Shown here: piece after piece, positions 33,901 to 45,260 of the stretch | How the letters are laid out: every line of letters starts with the position of its first letter | Position numbering within the stretch: position 1 is the stretch's first letter | From: Naegleria gruberi | Taxonomy: Eukaryota | Strand: one strand, 5' to 3' | Length of the DNA: 64,000 nt | Assembly (NCBI GenBank): GCA_000004985.1 | Contig: GG738905.1 | Translations under genes and position numbers: made by a program | The notes under the pieces: generated by a model | Databases searched by the model: none | Told to the model about the DNA's origin: nothing | What the model saw: the letters and a program-made list of their open reading frames with translations, nothing else

Positions 33901-34040
33901 ACTGAACCTTCTTGTTCATTATTGAAACGATCATCACCACCAATTGATGTTGTTGTTATTATATTGGAACTATTTGATTTGAAATTGGATATCAAAGATG
34001 TTGTCATGACTATGATGGCCGTGGAAGTTATCTTTTTCAA
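30906..34040 (-). CDS. Hybrid sensor histidine kinase of 1044 aa. The N-terminal region is S/T-rich and possibly extracellular or disordered, followed by TM segments, HisKA, HATPase_c and a C-terminal receiver domain.
   Basis: H-box ASLSHELRNPLHAIIGSVE. N/G boxes QIVMNLVSNSIKYT and DNGCGIS...GLGLNITKQIIEKMEG. Receiver IFVVDDNAVNRKILTKMLR...DIILLDCFMPILSGKEACEMIRK. Confidence 0.85.
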   Translation of the reverse strand: MKKITSTAIIVMTTSLISNFKSNSSNIITTTSIGGDDRFNNEQEGSVRTNNNSHHYKPNSPIRISVPHKDEDDNNNTFNAATTPTMEAIDDEFLSSSSSPQTTSTSSPSLTPPSLLQDKFDTVATQQQLKKDRRSGTINSIRNNMNFSSPMSASIMKSKNFRKLDHQTSNGNIVVKRMPNQEEMAPESPSSSIKAKYSSNSPTNNSSSTTTNNNSVPPSPSSSTAGSANSSAAIKDEVDLQQVKQQQSCHSTVGSYLAIMPIIFGAIASWDIGPLFFVIVLVVEHFIHMGVNIILDKVTTLHAFSMINLSRISLADFVQIAMQIKYGPLSPMHIITTFKIFVVSMSFYYKSSYILFGCGQLIAFTTISLLTSFYMWYDLLSEKERADFYVKVLEVFVIQNTVLIGSFFFSKHLTEKNNQYTSHQVEIAKERVSNYEKTRFIASLSHELRNPLHAIIGSVELIKNIYKSEDCSESCKHCMVSNASFSEMINDVHENAALLLHILSSSLQMSSMEIGNIKLKVEQFNVMCLIESITCVFSPLAIEKKNTLHSFFDVSKVPMFLMGDSVRISQIVMNLVSNSIKYTKGGQVLLKCKKAKDEELKLHFQEEEIKKNCFYLKIECQDNGCGISESQIGSLFKPFHIIEKQEKTQGFEHYFKQSEFTKLNNGGSSLINTNRNGLGLNITKQIIEKMEGKIIVNSRVGEGTTMNVYIPLEEMDKQEQVTDSEGSSSSTHINLNPENLLDVLSEDQSQDLSIIIIDEDPVFRQVLSSYLNLFKRVVLIQDFETHADFVQESENILHVADHSCKYMIFCPESFCTQIQGTRFVEQLNCMIIPSIFRGETRHHQTFSYLTKPIKFVDLADLVLKEKPHNAHCKKASCTPRQSIVEVGSMPTFLGVETASPTSERSESHHPSSPIRPDISKKSIFVVDDNAVNRKILTKMLRVIGFKDIDVACDGMECFNMYKRKKYDIILLDCFMPILSGKEACEMIRKAEKQNETEKQTPILAITANTWESVDTLVGHGFDSVIYKPILLDSLKKEVFNMLRI

Positions 34041-34375
34041 AATGTAACGATATTAAAATGTAATAATAAGAAGGAAATTATTGACGTTGTGTGATGGTGA
34101 GATATGTAAAGCTTTTTGTTTTTGTTGTTCATATTTAGCCCACTCACAGGGCCTTATTAAGGGTGTTGTTGCTCTTAATAAGGATAATAGATTTGCTTGA
34201 TAAACAATATTTGACGGGGTTTTGCTTCTTTTATATCCTCTCTATGTGACCAAAAAGTATATTTTTATAACAAGTTCATCTCCTGGTTCTGAACGTGTTT
34301 CTGTTGGTGAAAGAATATGAGGCAAAAAGTACAAGTTAGTAATCTGATTGCAATATAATCATATATAATAATATA

Positions 34376-35521
34376 TTATAGAATGAAACAAAGATCCTCG
34401 AACCAACCCACTCGTTGACCTGCAATCTTTTTCAATGACATTTGTTGCATTTTTAGCTTGGCCTTACATTCGAGGCCAATATATGGCGTCTTGTTCGTAA
34501 TCAATTCTGCAGTGTCTCCATCTTCAGTATTTGGATAAAAGTAGTAGATTAAATTTTGATAATTCAAATCTTTGGTGAATGGGTTGATTCGCATATCGGC
34601 AGTTGCCTTAATTTCTTCAAGTGTTCGGGCATAATTCCAAACTCTTAGTTCTGTAAAATCAGCACACATATTGACACCTTCCCACAATACAATCTTTGAA
34701 ATTAAAGAATCTTTGTCGAATGAATGTGTAGGATATTCTAAGAAATAGTCCTGATTCACTCTAACCTTGATGTTATCTTGCTCAAAGACAAGCACAAAAT
34801 GTTGCCACTGATCTGGTGCAATATAATTAATAAATCTCATATCAGTAGTATTAAAATTGATGTAAAGAGCTCCAATAGAAAGACTTAATTTGATAGAACG
34901 TGATGCTGAACAAGTAATAGTCAACAAGTCGCCACTAACATTCTGCTTAAATCTAGCCCAAAATTCAATTGTAAAATTACTCATCAAGATGGGTTCGCTC
35001 ATGTCCGTAATCTCTGATATTGGTGCTATCCTTTCCATCATATCCAAGTCAAACATATAGGAAGCATCAAATAGTTCATTTCCAATAGCCGAATAGGGTC
35101 TTCTTATTTTCCCAACAGCTTGTTTCAAACTAGATTTATACGTTAATCCCAACTTTTCTCTCACATCTTCCATATACTTTTCATCCTTCTTCATCATGGC
35201 TTGTAATAATAATTTATAAACCAATGAATCCTCACTCTCAAACAAATCATGACACATTGTATTCAAAACAGACAAGATTGGAATATAACCAACACCAGCA
35301 AACTGTAAAATCATTCCGAAAATCTCTGATGGCAACTGATCAAACCCTGTAGGCTTTCCCGAAAAGGCTTGTTTTGGTGTATGAATACTAACAAAATCCT
35401 CTAATTTTTGTATATTGTGATTGAGAGTGGGATGTTCTCTTTGGGAGGCTCTCAACATGCCGAGAGGTCCTTTCGCAAAGAGTGATTGAACAACATCTTG
35501 TTTATGATAGGAGGAAGACAT
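34376..35521 (-). CDS. F-box protein with a C-terminal concanavalin/LamG-like (Laminin_G_3) domain.
   Basis: F-box-like LPSEIFGMILQFAGVGYIPILSVLNTMCHDLF. LamG_3 hallmarks FTIEFWARF and ELRVWNYARTLEEI. Confidence 0.55.
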   Translation of the reverse strand: MSSSYHKQDVVQSLFAKGPLGMLRASQREHPTLNHNIQKLEDFVSIHTPKQAFSGKPTGFDQLPSEIFGMILQFAGVGYIPILSVLNTMCHDLFESEDSLVYKLLLQAMMKKDEKYMEDVREKLGLTYKSSLKQAVGKIRRPYSAIGNELFDASYMFDLDMMERIAPISEITDMSEPILMSNFTIEFWARFKQNVSGDLLTITCSASRSIKLSLSIGALYINFNTTDMRFINYIAPDQWQHFVLVFEQDNIKVRVNQDYFLEYPTHSFDKDSLISKIVLWEGVNMCADFTELRVWNYARTLEEIKATADMRINPFTKDLNYQNLIYYFYPNTEDGDTAELITNKTPYIGLECKAKLKMQQMSLKKIAGQRVGWFEDLCFIL

Positions 35522-35999
35522 TTTTTTATTTTTTATTTTTTTTTAAATTTATTTGATGAACTTTAATATCTAAAGTCCTAGATGAACTTTTAGAAATTGT
35601 TGATTTAAGTTTTTAATTTAAATTAAAATTTTGTAAATTGAATTGCAATTGTAAATGTAATCTTTTGTAATCAATCTTTGAGAACACCTAGAACCGAACT
35701 AACTTTATATTTATCAATACCGAGTTCTATTCGAAAGAACATTTACTTGTGAAACTATTAATAAAATGGTTTCAGATAATCATTTCAATTTTAAGAAAAT
35801 GAAAATTCATTCGAACTCTGCACCCGAACTCGAGTTTAATAAACAATTCAAGAGACTTTGTATTGGAAGTTTAGTTTGATGAAAGGAATAACCATCTCCA
35901 AGCTTAACACAAGCTGGAATTTGCCGTTGCTTAGTTACATGTCAGAACTTTATCTGTCAAAAATCATTAACAAGAGATCCCAAAATTCAACACAAAAAA

Positions 36000-38900
36000 A
36001 TGACAGCTTCAACCACAGTGTTAATATGCCTGTTGTCTTACTTGTTTCTTTCCTTCTTCTTTACTTATAACTATGCAGCCGATCAAATTTACTATTCGAA
36101 TCGTCCAACTTCACAAATGACGAAACCTTTCGTATATCAATTAGCAAGTGGTGCACCTGTTGCCCTCTCGATCAAATATTTCGATAACACAGGTGATTAC
36201 GACAATGTATACCACTTCATCCCTGACAATCCCTCAGCAAAATCCAACTTTACAATGCGTTTCTATGTTGATGGATTTTCGAATATTGCTTGGAGTGCTT
36301 TATTGACTAGTTTGGTATCTGGATGGAATTCAGTGTCGAAATGTGGAGTTTTAGTCAAGTCAAGCTTGTCTAGCTCTAGAGAATCGACCACTTCACAAAA
36401 TTCCACATTCTTTAATACACCTCTTTCCATTTCGAATAGTGATAAGTTTAATTGTGTGGTTTCGGCTAATTTTGCAAAAGCTGGATTGTTTGAAGTGTTG
36501 GTTACTCCAAAATCTAATTATGAAGAGGGTGTTTATTTATTTGAATATACTCCTGTGGCTGGTTTAACAGCTGATCAATCTTTATTTCAGGCAGAATTGG
36601 TCGTCTATTCGAAAACCACCTTTACGAAACTTGTTGGAAATCCGGTGGTTGATCCAAACAGTTTATTGGAAATTCAGGTAGCTCAACCAAGTATAATTGA
36701 TCCAACTAATCCACCAAATCTCGATAACGAAACTTCCACTTCTTACATTCCATTGAGAGATAACTTTGGAATGAATGCTATTGTTTCTTCTGCAGTTTCT
36801 AATAAGATGAATTTGATTTATACATGGCAAGTTATGAGAGTTTACAAATTGAACACTGCCATAATTGATGTCATGCCAAAAACTAACTATCTCGGTAAAT
36901 CCAATACTCTCCAAGCCATGTATCAACAAAACAGTTTAGGATACTCCTCTCTCGTTTTATCTCAAGATAAAATACTCTATGCTGATACAGCTTACAAGGT
37001 AGTGGCCTCAGTTTACTCCTCCTCTAAGACTCTCATTGCTAGAAAGATCAAATACTTGAGAACGCCACTCGATTTCTCTCCAGTCTTGTCAACTGTTGGA
37101 ACTGTTTCACCAACCATTGTCAATTTCACTGATCCACTCACTTTCAAAGTAACCTCTAATTTCAAATATAGCGACAATTCAGATGCCACTAATTTACAAT
37201 TTGCATTTGGTTATTTGGATACTTCCCTAATTAAGAGTTCTGATGTCATGAGCTTTAGTAATTTGGACAATGTTCCTTACTCGACCATTATGCAAGGATT
37301 TGTGAGGGTGACTGATTATTCCACTTCCAAAATTATTTCTTCCTACCTTCCACCAAGTTATGCTTTGGGAGAAAATCAAAAATCTTGGAAGACTCTTTTG
37401 TTTGTGAAGGATTTAAGTTTTGGAAATGTGAAAACTTATGCTTTGAATGGAGTTATTGTGAAACCAGTGGCTCTCGAGGAGATTTATCGATTTGTATTAC
37501 CTTCAGCATTTATGAGTGTTTCCATTCCACAATTGAAAGGAGTAGTTGGCTTCACAAGAAAATCCTATCAAAGCACTGCCAATTCAACACTGATTGACTT
37601 GGTTCAAAGACGTTTATTTGCTGTCATTCAGAACAAGTTGGCAACCATGACTGAAAATGATACTGACAAGTTGGCAGATCTTGCTAGAATTCTCGATATT
37701 TGGGCATACAATGCAAAGAAAACTATGGCGAATATGGTAAACACAGATGGAGATGCTATTTTCACACTCTTGTACAATTTCATTTCCATGATTAAGAAAG
37801 ATGCCAATCAAAACAAGTACACTGGTGATGTCACTTCCAAACTTCCACTTGGAATGAAGGATGGTACTGTTTTGGATATACTGACCTCTCTGTTGTCTAG
37901 TTGGATGAAAGTTTCTCAATTCAAATCGAAAACTGCATCACTTGTGAAAATGCTTTCGACTAGTATTGTTGATAGTATTTCACCAAGTGAAGAAAGAAGA
38001 TATTCAACTGATTCTATTGTATTTTCTATTAGAAAGGATTATGCTTCTAATTTTAATGGAACTACTTTAACAACTGATTCTTCATATCATTCAGTTGTCA
38101 TGCCAACTGTTTCAGTATTCAATTCAACGAAAGGTCTGTATGGAACTGAATTTGTAACCTATTTGGAAAATCCAAACAATTCCACATCATCCAGTGGTGG
38201 AAACATTACCAGTGATGTAATTTCCTTGAGATGTATCAATCCATCAGGTGATTACTTCCCTCTTAGCGAATTGACTGATCCAATTGTTTTGAATTTCAAC
38301 TTGTCCATAGCCAACATTTCAAATCCAGATTTATTGGTCTGTAAATATTGGAATGAAACTGTCAGTGATTGGTTGTCCAATGGTTGTACAAGAACTGCCC
38401 TTCTCACATACGGTGATTACTATGTAGTTGAGTGTTCCTGTGATCACACCACTCAATTTGCAACATTTGTTGAGTTTCCAACTTCAACTACCAATTTAAC
38501 TTTAGCACAAAAGCAAGCTTACTACATTTTATGGGGATTTGATATTGGAATTGGTGTCATATTTGTGATTGTGAGCTTGATAATGTTATTACTGATTTGT
38601 ATCTTTAGAAATTCACAACCTGTCAAGGCCAAGTACATTGCTCCATTTGTGGGAATGACAAGTATCTTTTTAGAATCATTGTTGAGCTATGTTGTTAAGT
38701 CATCGCTCATGATTGGTTTCACAGCAACCAACTCGACCAATATTTCATTCTATTTGAATACTATTACATATTGTTCTGCTGTTATTATTAGTGTGGCTTT
38801 CGCAGAAACAGGAGAAGATTTGGCTTCTACAGATCATTTCCTCAAAGAGTTTGTACGTTTTCCTTGTGGTATGCTTGCCCTTGGTTATCTTTACCTATTT

Positions 38901-40026
38901 CACAGGATTTTCCATTGGAAGAATTGTTCAAGAATCACTCAATTCAGACACCTCTAAGCAAATTTTCACTTCTTCCATCTATACCATAGTTACCTCGAGT
39001 TTTATGGGTGCAATTCTTCTATTCTCACTTGTTGCAGTTTCCTTAATATTCATAGTTGACTTGATTTATGCCTTTGCTGTTGAATATAGAAAACCATACA
39101 TTGATACATCAGAGATTTCAGGAACTCTTGTGGAAATGAGTGAATCTCAAAGCTCTTCTGCATTCAGCACTGATTCGAATAGCAATTCCAAGAAGAAATT
39201 CAAAGATTTGGAAAGCTTTAAAAAGGCAAAGGATATTACCATGTCTTCCATGTACAAATTCTTTGTCCAAGATGATCCTTTATTCTTCCGTTGTGAGAGT
39301 TTGCTTTTCATTTTCTGTTTGGGAGTGTTATTGATCTCGTATGTGTTTGGAATTGTTGGATTAGGTTTCTTTACACTCACTGGAAAGGCATTGAGTACAA
39401 GTGAAAGCGCATTCGAAACTTCACTCGTTATGGATATCATCAGATTAGTTCTTTCAGTTGTGTACTTTGTCTTGTACATTCTGGTCTTTGGAGATTTGTC
39501 ACTTTTGATTTACATTTTCAAATATAGAAAGTACAGAGTTTCGTCCACTTCAGGTTCCACAAGTTTTTCATCTGAATCTCGATACGACAATGAATTACAA
39601 GAAATTCTGAATGACGGCTTAGCTTATTCCTTATTCGAAAAGTTCACAGTCAAGGAATTCTCAAAGGAAAACCTCCTCTGTTACAATTCCCTACAAGAAC
39701 TCGAAGATGAAAAACAATTTTATCAAAAAGATTTGGAAAATCAAGTGAAAATGTTGGAAGAAATCATTGAAAAATATTTAACACAAACTAGTTCATTTGA
39801 AGTTAACATTCCTTCGAACACAAGAAAGAATCTCATTAATTTGATTAAATCAAAGGAAGGTCTTACAAAGGAAAATGTAAAAAAGTCGCTGGAATCTTTG
39901 AAATCTGATATTCTGGTCAACTTGACTGATACCTTCTCAAGATTTACTACTTCTCAAAGTTATGAATTTTGGACGCAAATCAAGGAAGAAAAGGAAAGAT
40001 TGATGGCAAGAAATAAAATGGTTTAA
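36000..40026 (+). CDS. Large receptor combining an extracellular region of about 790 aa, a GPS/GAIN-type autoproteolysis motif, a 7-TM domain and a C-terminal RGS domain. The frame changes from 0 to +1 near 38800..38915 through an unresolved short intron or indel.
   Basis: Signal/anchor MTASTTVLICLLSYLFLSFFF. GPS motif LVCKYWNETVSDWLSNGCTRTALLTYGDYYVVECSCDHTTQFATFVEF, ending just before TM1 (YILWGFDIGIGVIFVIVSLIMLLL). Several TM helices continue in ORF 38791..40026. RGS signature LAYSLFEKFTVKEFSKENLLCYNSLQELEDEKQF...SQSYEFW. Confidence 0.65.
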
Positions 40027-40226
40027 TGTTTAAATTCAATAAGGTATTGGCAATTATTTTTCAATAGTAAGCCAAATCTGAATGAATCAAATTTGAGATT
40101 GATTTAAAATATTCTTTAATACGGAACTGAAAAGCTAAATTTCAAGGGTGTAAATACATTGTTTTAAAGGTTGAGGTTTATTTTAAGTGTTTCTAATTAT
40201 TTACAATTAATAATCATTTTCACACT

Positions 40227-41351
40227 TTAATGCTTTCTAGGAAATGCAAATAAATATTGAGGAGGAACTGCCACTTGATATTCCAATTCATGAGCAGCTC
40301 TAATTGGCCAATAAGGATCATTCAATTCCTGTCTTCCAATTAAAACCAAATCCGCCTTTTGATCCTTAATTAAATCATTAGCAAATTGAGCATCCTTAAT
40401 TTTACCGACAGCGCCAGTTGCCAATCCATCAACTGATTTCTTGACACCTTCAGAGAATGGAACTTGATAACCTTGAACAATGGAAGTTGGGGAAAGTAAT
40501 TTGGCATTTGCATTGTTGCCACCTGAAGAACAATCCAACAAGTCAACTCCACATTTTTGTAAAATTTTGGCTAGCTCTGTAGTATCTTTCATGGTCCATC
40601 CTTCATCACCAACATATTCATCTGCTGAAATTCTCACAAATAAAGGCATTTCACTTGGAATATTCGCTCTAATTCTTTCAACTAATTCAACCAAGAATCG
40701 AATACGATTTTCGAAACATCCACCATATTCATCACTTCTCTTATTCGAAGTTTGTGAAAGAAATGAAGAAATTAAATAACCATGAGCTCCATGAATCTCA
40801 ATTAAATCAAATCCTGCCTTAATAGCTCTCTTTGCAGCATCCACAAATTGCTGAATCACCTCTTGAATTTCCACAATGGTCAACTCTGCTGGAATTCTAT
40901 GATGTTCATCGAATGCAATTGGAGATGGACCTACAACATCCCATCCTCCTTGTTCATTTGTGAGTGCTTTTCTACTATTCGCTTCCCAAAGTCTTCCTGT
41001 TGATGCCTTTCGTCCGGCATGATTCAATTGTAAACCGATATGACCTCCTTGTTCATGGGCAAATTGAACAATTTTTGACAACATGTCAACATGTTCATCT
41101 TTGTAAATTCCCAAGCAGCCTGGAGAAATTCTACCAACATCTGAAACACCAGTTGCTTCTACGATAAATAAACCTGCTCCACCGACAATTCTACTGCCAA
41201 TATGTTGGACATGCCAGAAATTAGCAAATCCATCAGTTGCTGAGTACTGACACATTGGAGAAACGACAATTCGATTCTTTAATGTTAAGCCTCTAACGGT
41301 GAATGGTTGGAAAAGTGGTGGAATGGAAAGTTCTTGTTGTTGTGTGGACAT
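40227..41351 (-). CDS. Old Yellow Enzyme-family NADH:flavin oxidoreductase (YqjM/NamA-like), 374 aa, single exon.
   Basis: PLFQPFTVRGLTLKNRIVVSPMCQYSA, HVQHIGSRIVGGAGLFIVEATGV, GLQLNHAGRKAS, GFDLIEIHGAHGYLISSFLS. Confidence 0.85.
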   Translation of the reverse strand: MSTQQQELSIPPLFQPFTVRGLTLKNRIVVSPMCQYSATDGFANFWHVQHIGSRIVGGAGLFIVEATGVSDVGRISPGCLGIYKDEHVDMLSKIVQFAHEQGGHIGLQLNHAGRKASTGRLWEANSRKALTNEQGGWDVVGPSPIAFDEHHRIPAELTIVEIQEVIQQFVDAAKRAIKAGFDLIEIHGAHGYLISSFLSQTSNKRSDEYGGCFENRIRFLVELVERIRANIPSEMPLFVRISADEYVGDEGWTMKDTTELAKILQKCGVDLLDCSSGGNNANAKLLSPTSIVQGYQVPFSEGVKKSVDGLATGAVGKIKDAQFANDLIKDQKADLVLIGRQELNDPYWPIRAAHELEYQVAVPPQYLFAFPRKH

Positions 41352-41857
41352 TTTTTTGAATTTGAATTATTGGAAAGGTTAGTTTAGGAAAATCTATTTA
41401 TTCGAAAGTCGAGTTTCAATGAGGATGCAATTATTGTGAGGTTGCATAAATAATATCATCGAATTAAACAGTTCGTAAAAGAAAGTTTACCAAAACTGTT
41501 CGAAAGATAATCGTCCAAAAGATTGTAAATCTCCAAATATAGAATTTAGGATAGTAAATTAGATATTCCACTGTTCAACAATCTAGTTCATCTTAATTAT
41601 TCGAAATCCGAATAAATGGCGTTATTTTAAATATATTCATTTTGATGAACTAGAAAACAGTTCAAAAGTAGTTTCGAATAATGTCATTCTAATTTATCCG
41701 AATCTATTTCGTATAATTTTTTTACAATGAAATTTACAGTTTTCAATATTACAGTCATGTATTTGTTAAAATTAAATTGCTTCCATACAAAACATCAATT
41801 AGAAACAGAACACCTCAGACAAGTGACATTAAATAATTATTAAAAAATTTAAAAAAA

Positions 41858-43882
41858 ATGAAAGCACCCAGCATTCGTCTACTTCTCACACTCTCCCTGG
41901 TCGGCCTCTTCTTCATCATTATTACTTTCGGATTATTTTCAAAACGTAAAGGAAATGACATTTCCGAGTCAATTACAACTGGACGTGTGGCATTAGATAA
42001 AATTGACAGCAAATCCAGCACTTCAAAACCTGCACCACCTCCACCTCCTCCTCCTCCTACCTATTGTGTATCCAATGATGTTCTTTACTTTGGTCAACTC
42101 ACACATAATGGAAATTTGAACGGACAAATGAAACGAATGTATGAAGCAGTTCATCCGAGAAGCAAGGAACCATTCTTGAAAAAGGAAAATACATTTTTCT
42201 TTACGGATATCGAACCATCTCCTTCCCATGTCTCATTCTTTTCCAGAATTACTTTAATGGCATCAAAAGGAGGGAAGGTTGGATATGATGGAGCTCAGAG
42301 ACGTTTTCTCGAGTCAATTTTTACAATGTTAGAGTTGAAGAAGGAGAGGAATGATAAACGAGTGAGATGGTTCATGTTGAGTGATGATGACCATATGAGT
42401 ATTCCTGCTAATTTGATGCGTACATTGGCAAAATATGAATTGAAATTGGAAAGAGGTGAATTGAGTGTGGATGAGCCATTAATTATTGGAAGAACACCTG
42501 AATGTAGAGCTGTTAGTGGAGGAGCTGGTGTCATCTTTAATGAAAAGGCCATTGAAGTGCTCAAGGTTAATATGGAAGAATGTATTAAGAAAGTTGGTTT
42601 ACAATGGTATGATTATACCATTTACAGATGTGTGAATGATGTTCTCACAAAGACAAAGGAGGAAAAGTGCAAGATTTTGAAACATGAAACTTCCATGCAT
42701 TGTTGTAATTACATGTATTTCTGTGATCCTTCAAGTTTTAAGGATCCACCAAATTTGAGCTGGTTCAATAGATTTAGAAAGGCAACTGGATTCCATTACC
42801 TTCAAGGAGATCACGTCAATAGGATGAAGGAGAATTTACCAGATAGTTTCTTTACAAAGATTGATAAATGCTTCCCAGTATCAGAGTTAGAGAAGGAACT
42901 TGATGGATACATGCCAAGTGTTTCATCTTCAAATAAGAATTTACGTGAAATTTTACAACAAGTTGAAAGTATGCCAGTAGTGAGGCCACCTTCACTCGAT
43001 TGGATAAAGAGTGAATCGAAACAGCAAGATGAGAGTGTTGTCTCTTTCATGACAGGTTTGATTGAAATAATCTTTAGCAATTGGGAAAATCAATTCGCAA
43101 GCAATAGAAAACCAATAGATCAAACTCTGGAGAGAAAGGACATTGCCATTGCTGTTATTCCAAGTCCCCTCATTGAATCTAGAGCTTCACTCATTGCTAG
43201 AGAATATAACATCTCATCCCAAGTTGAACTCTCTCTCAATTATTGGCAACAATCTGGATTTAATGCTCATGTATGTGAATCCACACACACTTCAAAGATT
43301 TCTCTCTATGCAGAGTGTCTGAAAAAGTCATCAACATCCTCCAAATGGACCCTAGTTGTCTCCGAATCAACAAGAATTAATTCAGATTCCCTCCTTCAAT
43401 ATTTGAAAACTTTCAGCAATTCTGCAAAGCTTTACATTGGTGGAATGCGATCAGCTCAAGAATTAATCCTATCACAATTGGAAGGAAAATCTATTGGACT
43501 TCCATTTGGAGCTCTCTTTGCTGTTAGCTCTCCATTCATTGAGGAATATTTATCCATCGCCACTACTTCTTCTACCTTGAAGGAAAGCATCATTCAGGAA
43601 CAAATCAACGATCGTCTTCTCATTCCAAATACTGGAATGATTCTGAGTGGTGGTCACTTTTTCACTCATGCACCAGAACACTACTGCACAAAAGGAATTA
43701 CAAATGTAGAGTCGTGGATTGAAATGCAAGTTCCAACCAAAGAATTGGAACCAATGACTGTGACCTTCTCTCCAACTAATAATTGTCTTGGAAGAATGAA
43801 TTCGATTAATCAATTTTTCAATAAGATTGATAAGAGTTTGCTTGGATCACCTACTGGCATTAACCATAATTGTTTTGAATAA
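41858..43882 (+). CDS. Type-II-anchored Fringe-like (GT31-like, DxD-type) glycosyltransferase, 674 aa.
   Basis: N-terminal TM LLLTLSLVGLFFIIITFGLF, proline tract PPPPPPPP, DDD motif in WFMLSDDDHMSIPANL. Family assignment is tentative. Confidence 0.5.
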   Translation: MKAPSIRLLLTLSLVGLFFIIITFGLFSKRKGNDISESITTGRVALDKIDSKSSTSKPAPPPPPPPPTYCVSNDVLYFGQLTHNGNLNGQMKRMYEAVHPRSKEPFLKKENTFFFTDIEPSPSHVSFFSRITLMASKGGKVGYDGAQRRFLESIFTMLELKKERNDKRVRWFMLSDDDHMSIPANLMRTLAKYELKLERGELSVDEPLIIGRTPECRAVSGGAGVIFNEKAIEVLKVNMEECIKKVGLQWYDYTIYRCVNDVLTKTKEEKCKILKHETSMHCCNYMYFCDPSSFKDPPNLSWFNRFRKATGFHYLQGDHVNRMKENLPDSFFTKIDKCFPVSELEKELDGYMPSVSSSNKNLREILQQVESMPVVRPPSLDWIKSESKQQDESVVSFMTGLIEIIFSNWENQFASNRKPIDQTLERKDIAIAVIPSPLIESRASLIAREYNISSQVELSLNYWQQSGFNAHVCESTHTSKISLYAECLKKSSTSSKWTLVVSESTRINSDSLLQYLKTFSNSAKLYIGGMRSAQELILSQLEGKSIGLPFGALFAVSSPFIEEYLSIATTSSTLKESIIQEQINDRLLIPNTGMILSGGHFFTHAPEHYCTKGITNVESWIEMQVPTKELEPMTVTFSPTNNCLGRMNSINQFFNKIDKSLLGSPTGINHNCFE

Positions 43883-43919
43883 ACTATTCGATAAACAAAT
43901 GCCAAAGTATTAAAGTTTT

Positions 43920-45260
43920 TTATGTTTCGAATATGGTTTTGTGTTTGATATATAGCTCTCTGAGAATCATATCTTGTGGTGTCCACTCTTCGACGCCACT
44001 GGGATTCTTATAGACCATTAAATCACGTACAAGCATTAAATTATGTTGCAATACCATCATAGTTTCGTCTGGAATACTTTCCAATATTGAAAATTTTGAA
44101 TAGTCCAACAATGAAGCACATCCACCGTAATCATGTGATGCTATCGTTGTGAAAAGTAATGGATAACACATCCTTGAAAATAGGGTAATAAAACAACGTC
44201 AGCTTGGTCACCTGGTACTGAAATTTTCTTATAGGAATAGTAGAGAACTGCATCCATGGTAAAACAATATTTTCCATTCAATTTCTCGCCACAGTGTTTG
44301 TGTTGTAAGTATTGTTCATTTTGCTTGAATTCGTGTACATAAATCTTTGGCCATTTCTTTCCAACAGCCCTTCCATAAACCGAAAGTAAATTAATTCTCT
44401 GATCGAAAGAAGATGAAGAGGTAATGAAGGAAGGTAATGACTTTCACATTGCATCTTGGATGCTTGACTCCATTCGTTTGGATTATTTTTCGAAGAACTA
44501 AAGTTGAAAGTATGCATATTCCTTGGATTGGTTGCCATAACTTCCAATTCGTGTATTCTAACGAGTTGATGTTGTATGTATTTGATGGATTCTTCTATTT
44601 TGGCATTTTGAGAAGATTGAAAGAAAAAAGGGAGAACATTCAGCGATTTTCAAGGCGTGGACAGCAATGGGCATGTAGTTTGAGAGGATTGGTTTTGAAA
44701 TCCCATTGGACGAAACTTTTGAAACTCCTTTACAACTCCATAAACTTCTCTACTAGATGCGAATATCAACCATGGATTATTTCTACTCATTGTAATTTGT
44801 TTCATCAACACTTGTGTGTTGATATCTTGACATGTGTCTTTTTCCAACTCACACCACATGACAATGACACCTCTCACGTTTGAATTGTTGAAGATTTCTC
44901 TTAAGATCAACTCATCTCTCATATCGCCTTGAATGTATTCAATTTGGTTGACATGTTCTTTCGCAAATTGAGTTTCTTCTTGAACTATTGGATGAGCATC
45001 GAGCACAATAATTTTGGAGAAGAATGGTTGGGATGTCTTTTCTGATATGAGAGCATGTAAAAGTGGATAACCAACATTTCCAGCACCAATCATTAATAGG
45101 GTTGAAGGAACATCCTTTAGTCCACTTTCGTCTAATTCTGAACTAGTGGAAAGAGAGGTTTCTATGACTGCTTGTTTCTTCTTATTAAATATACCCAATA
45201 ATATGGTATTAACGTAGAGAGAGCAACAGAGCAAAACTATTAGAAGAAGTTGTTTTTTCA
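43920..45260 (-). CDS. NAD-dependent sugar-nucleotide epimerase/dehydratase (UDP-glucuronate decarboxylase-like) with an N-terminal membrane anchor. Multi-exon; intron positions not resolved.
   Basis: Anchor LLLIVLLCCSLYVNTILLGIF. Rossmann motif LLMIGAGNVGYPLLHAL. ASSREVYG (S..YG). Downstream ORFs 44278..44547 and 43920..44171 appear to continue the protein. Confidence 0.45.
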
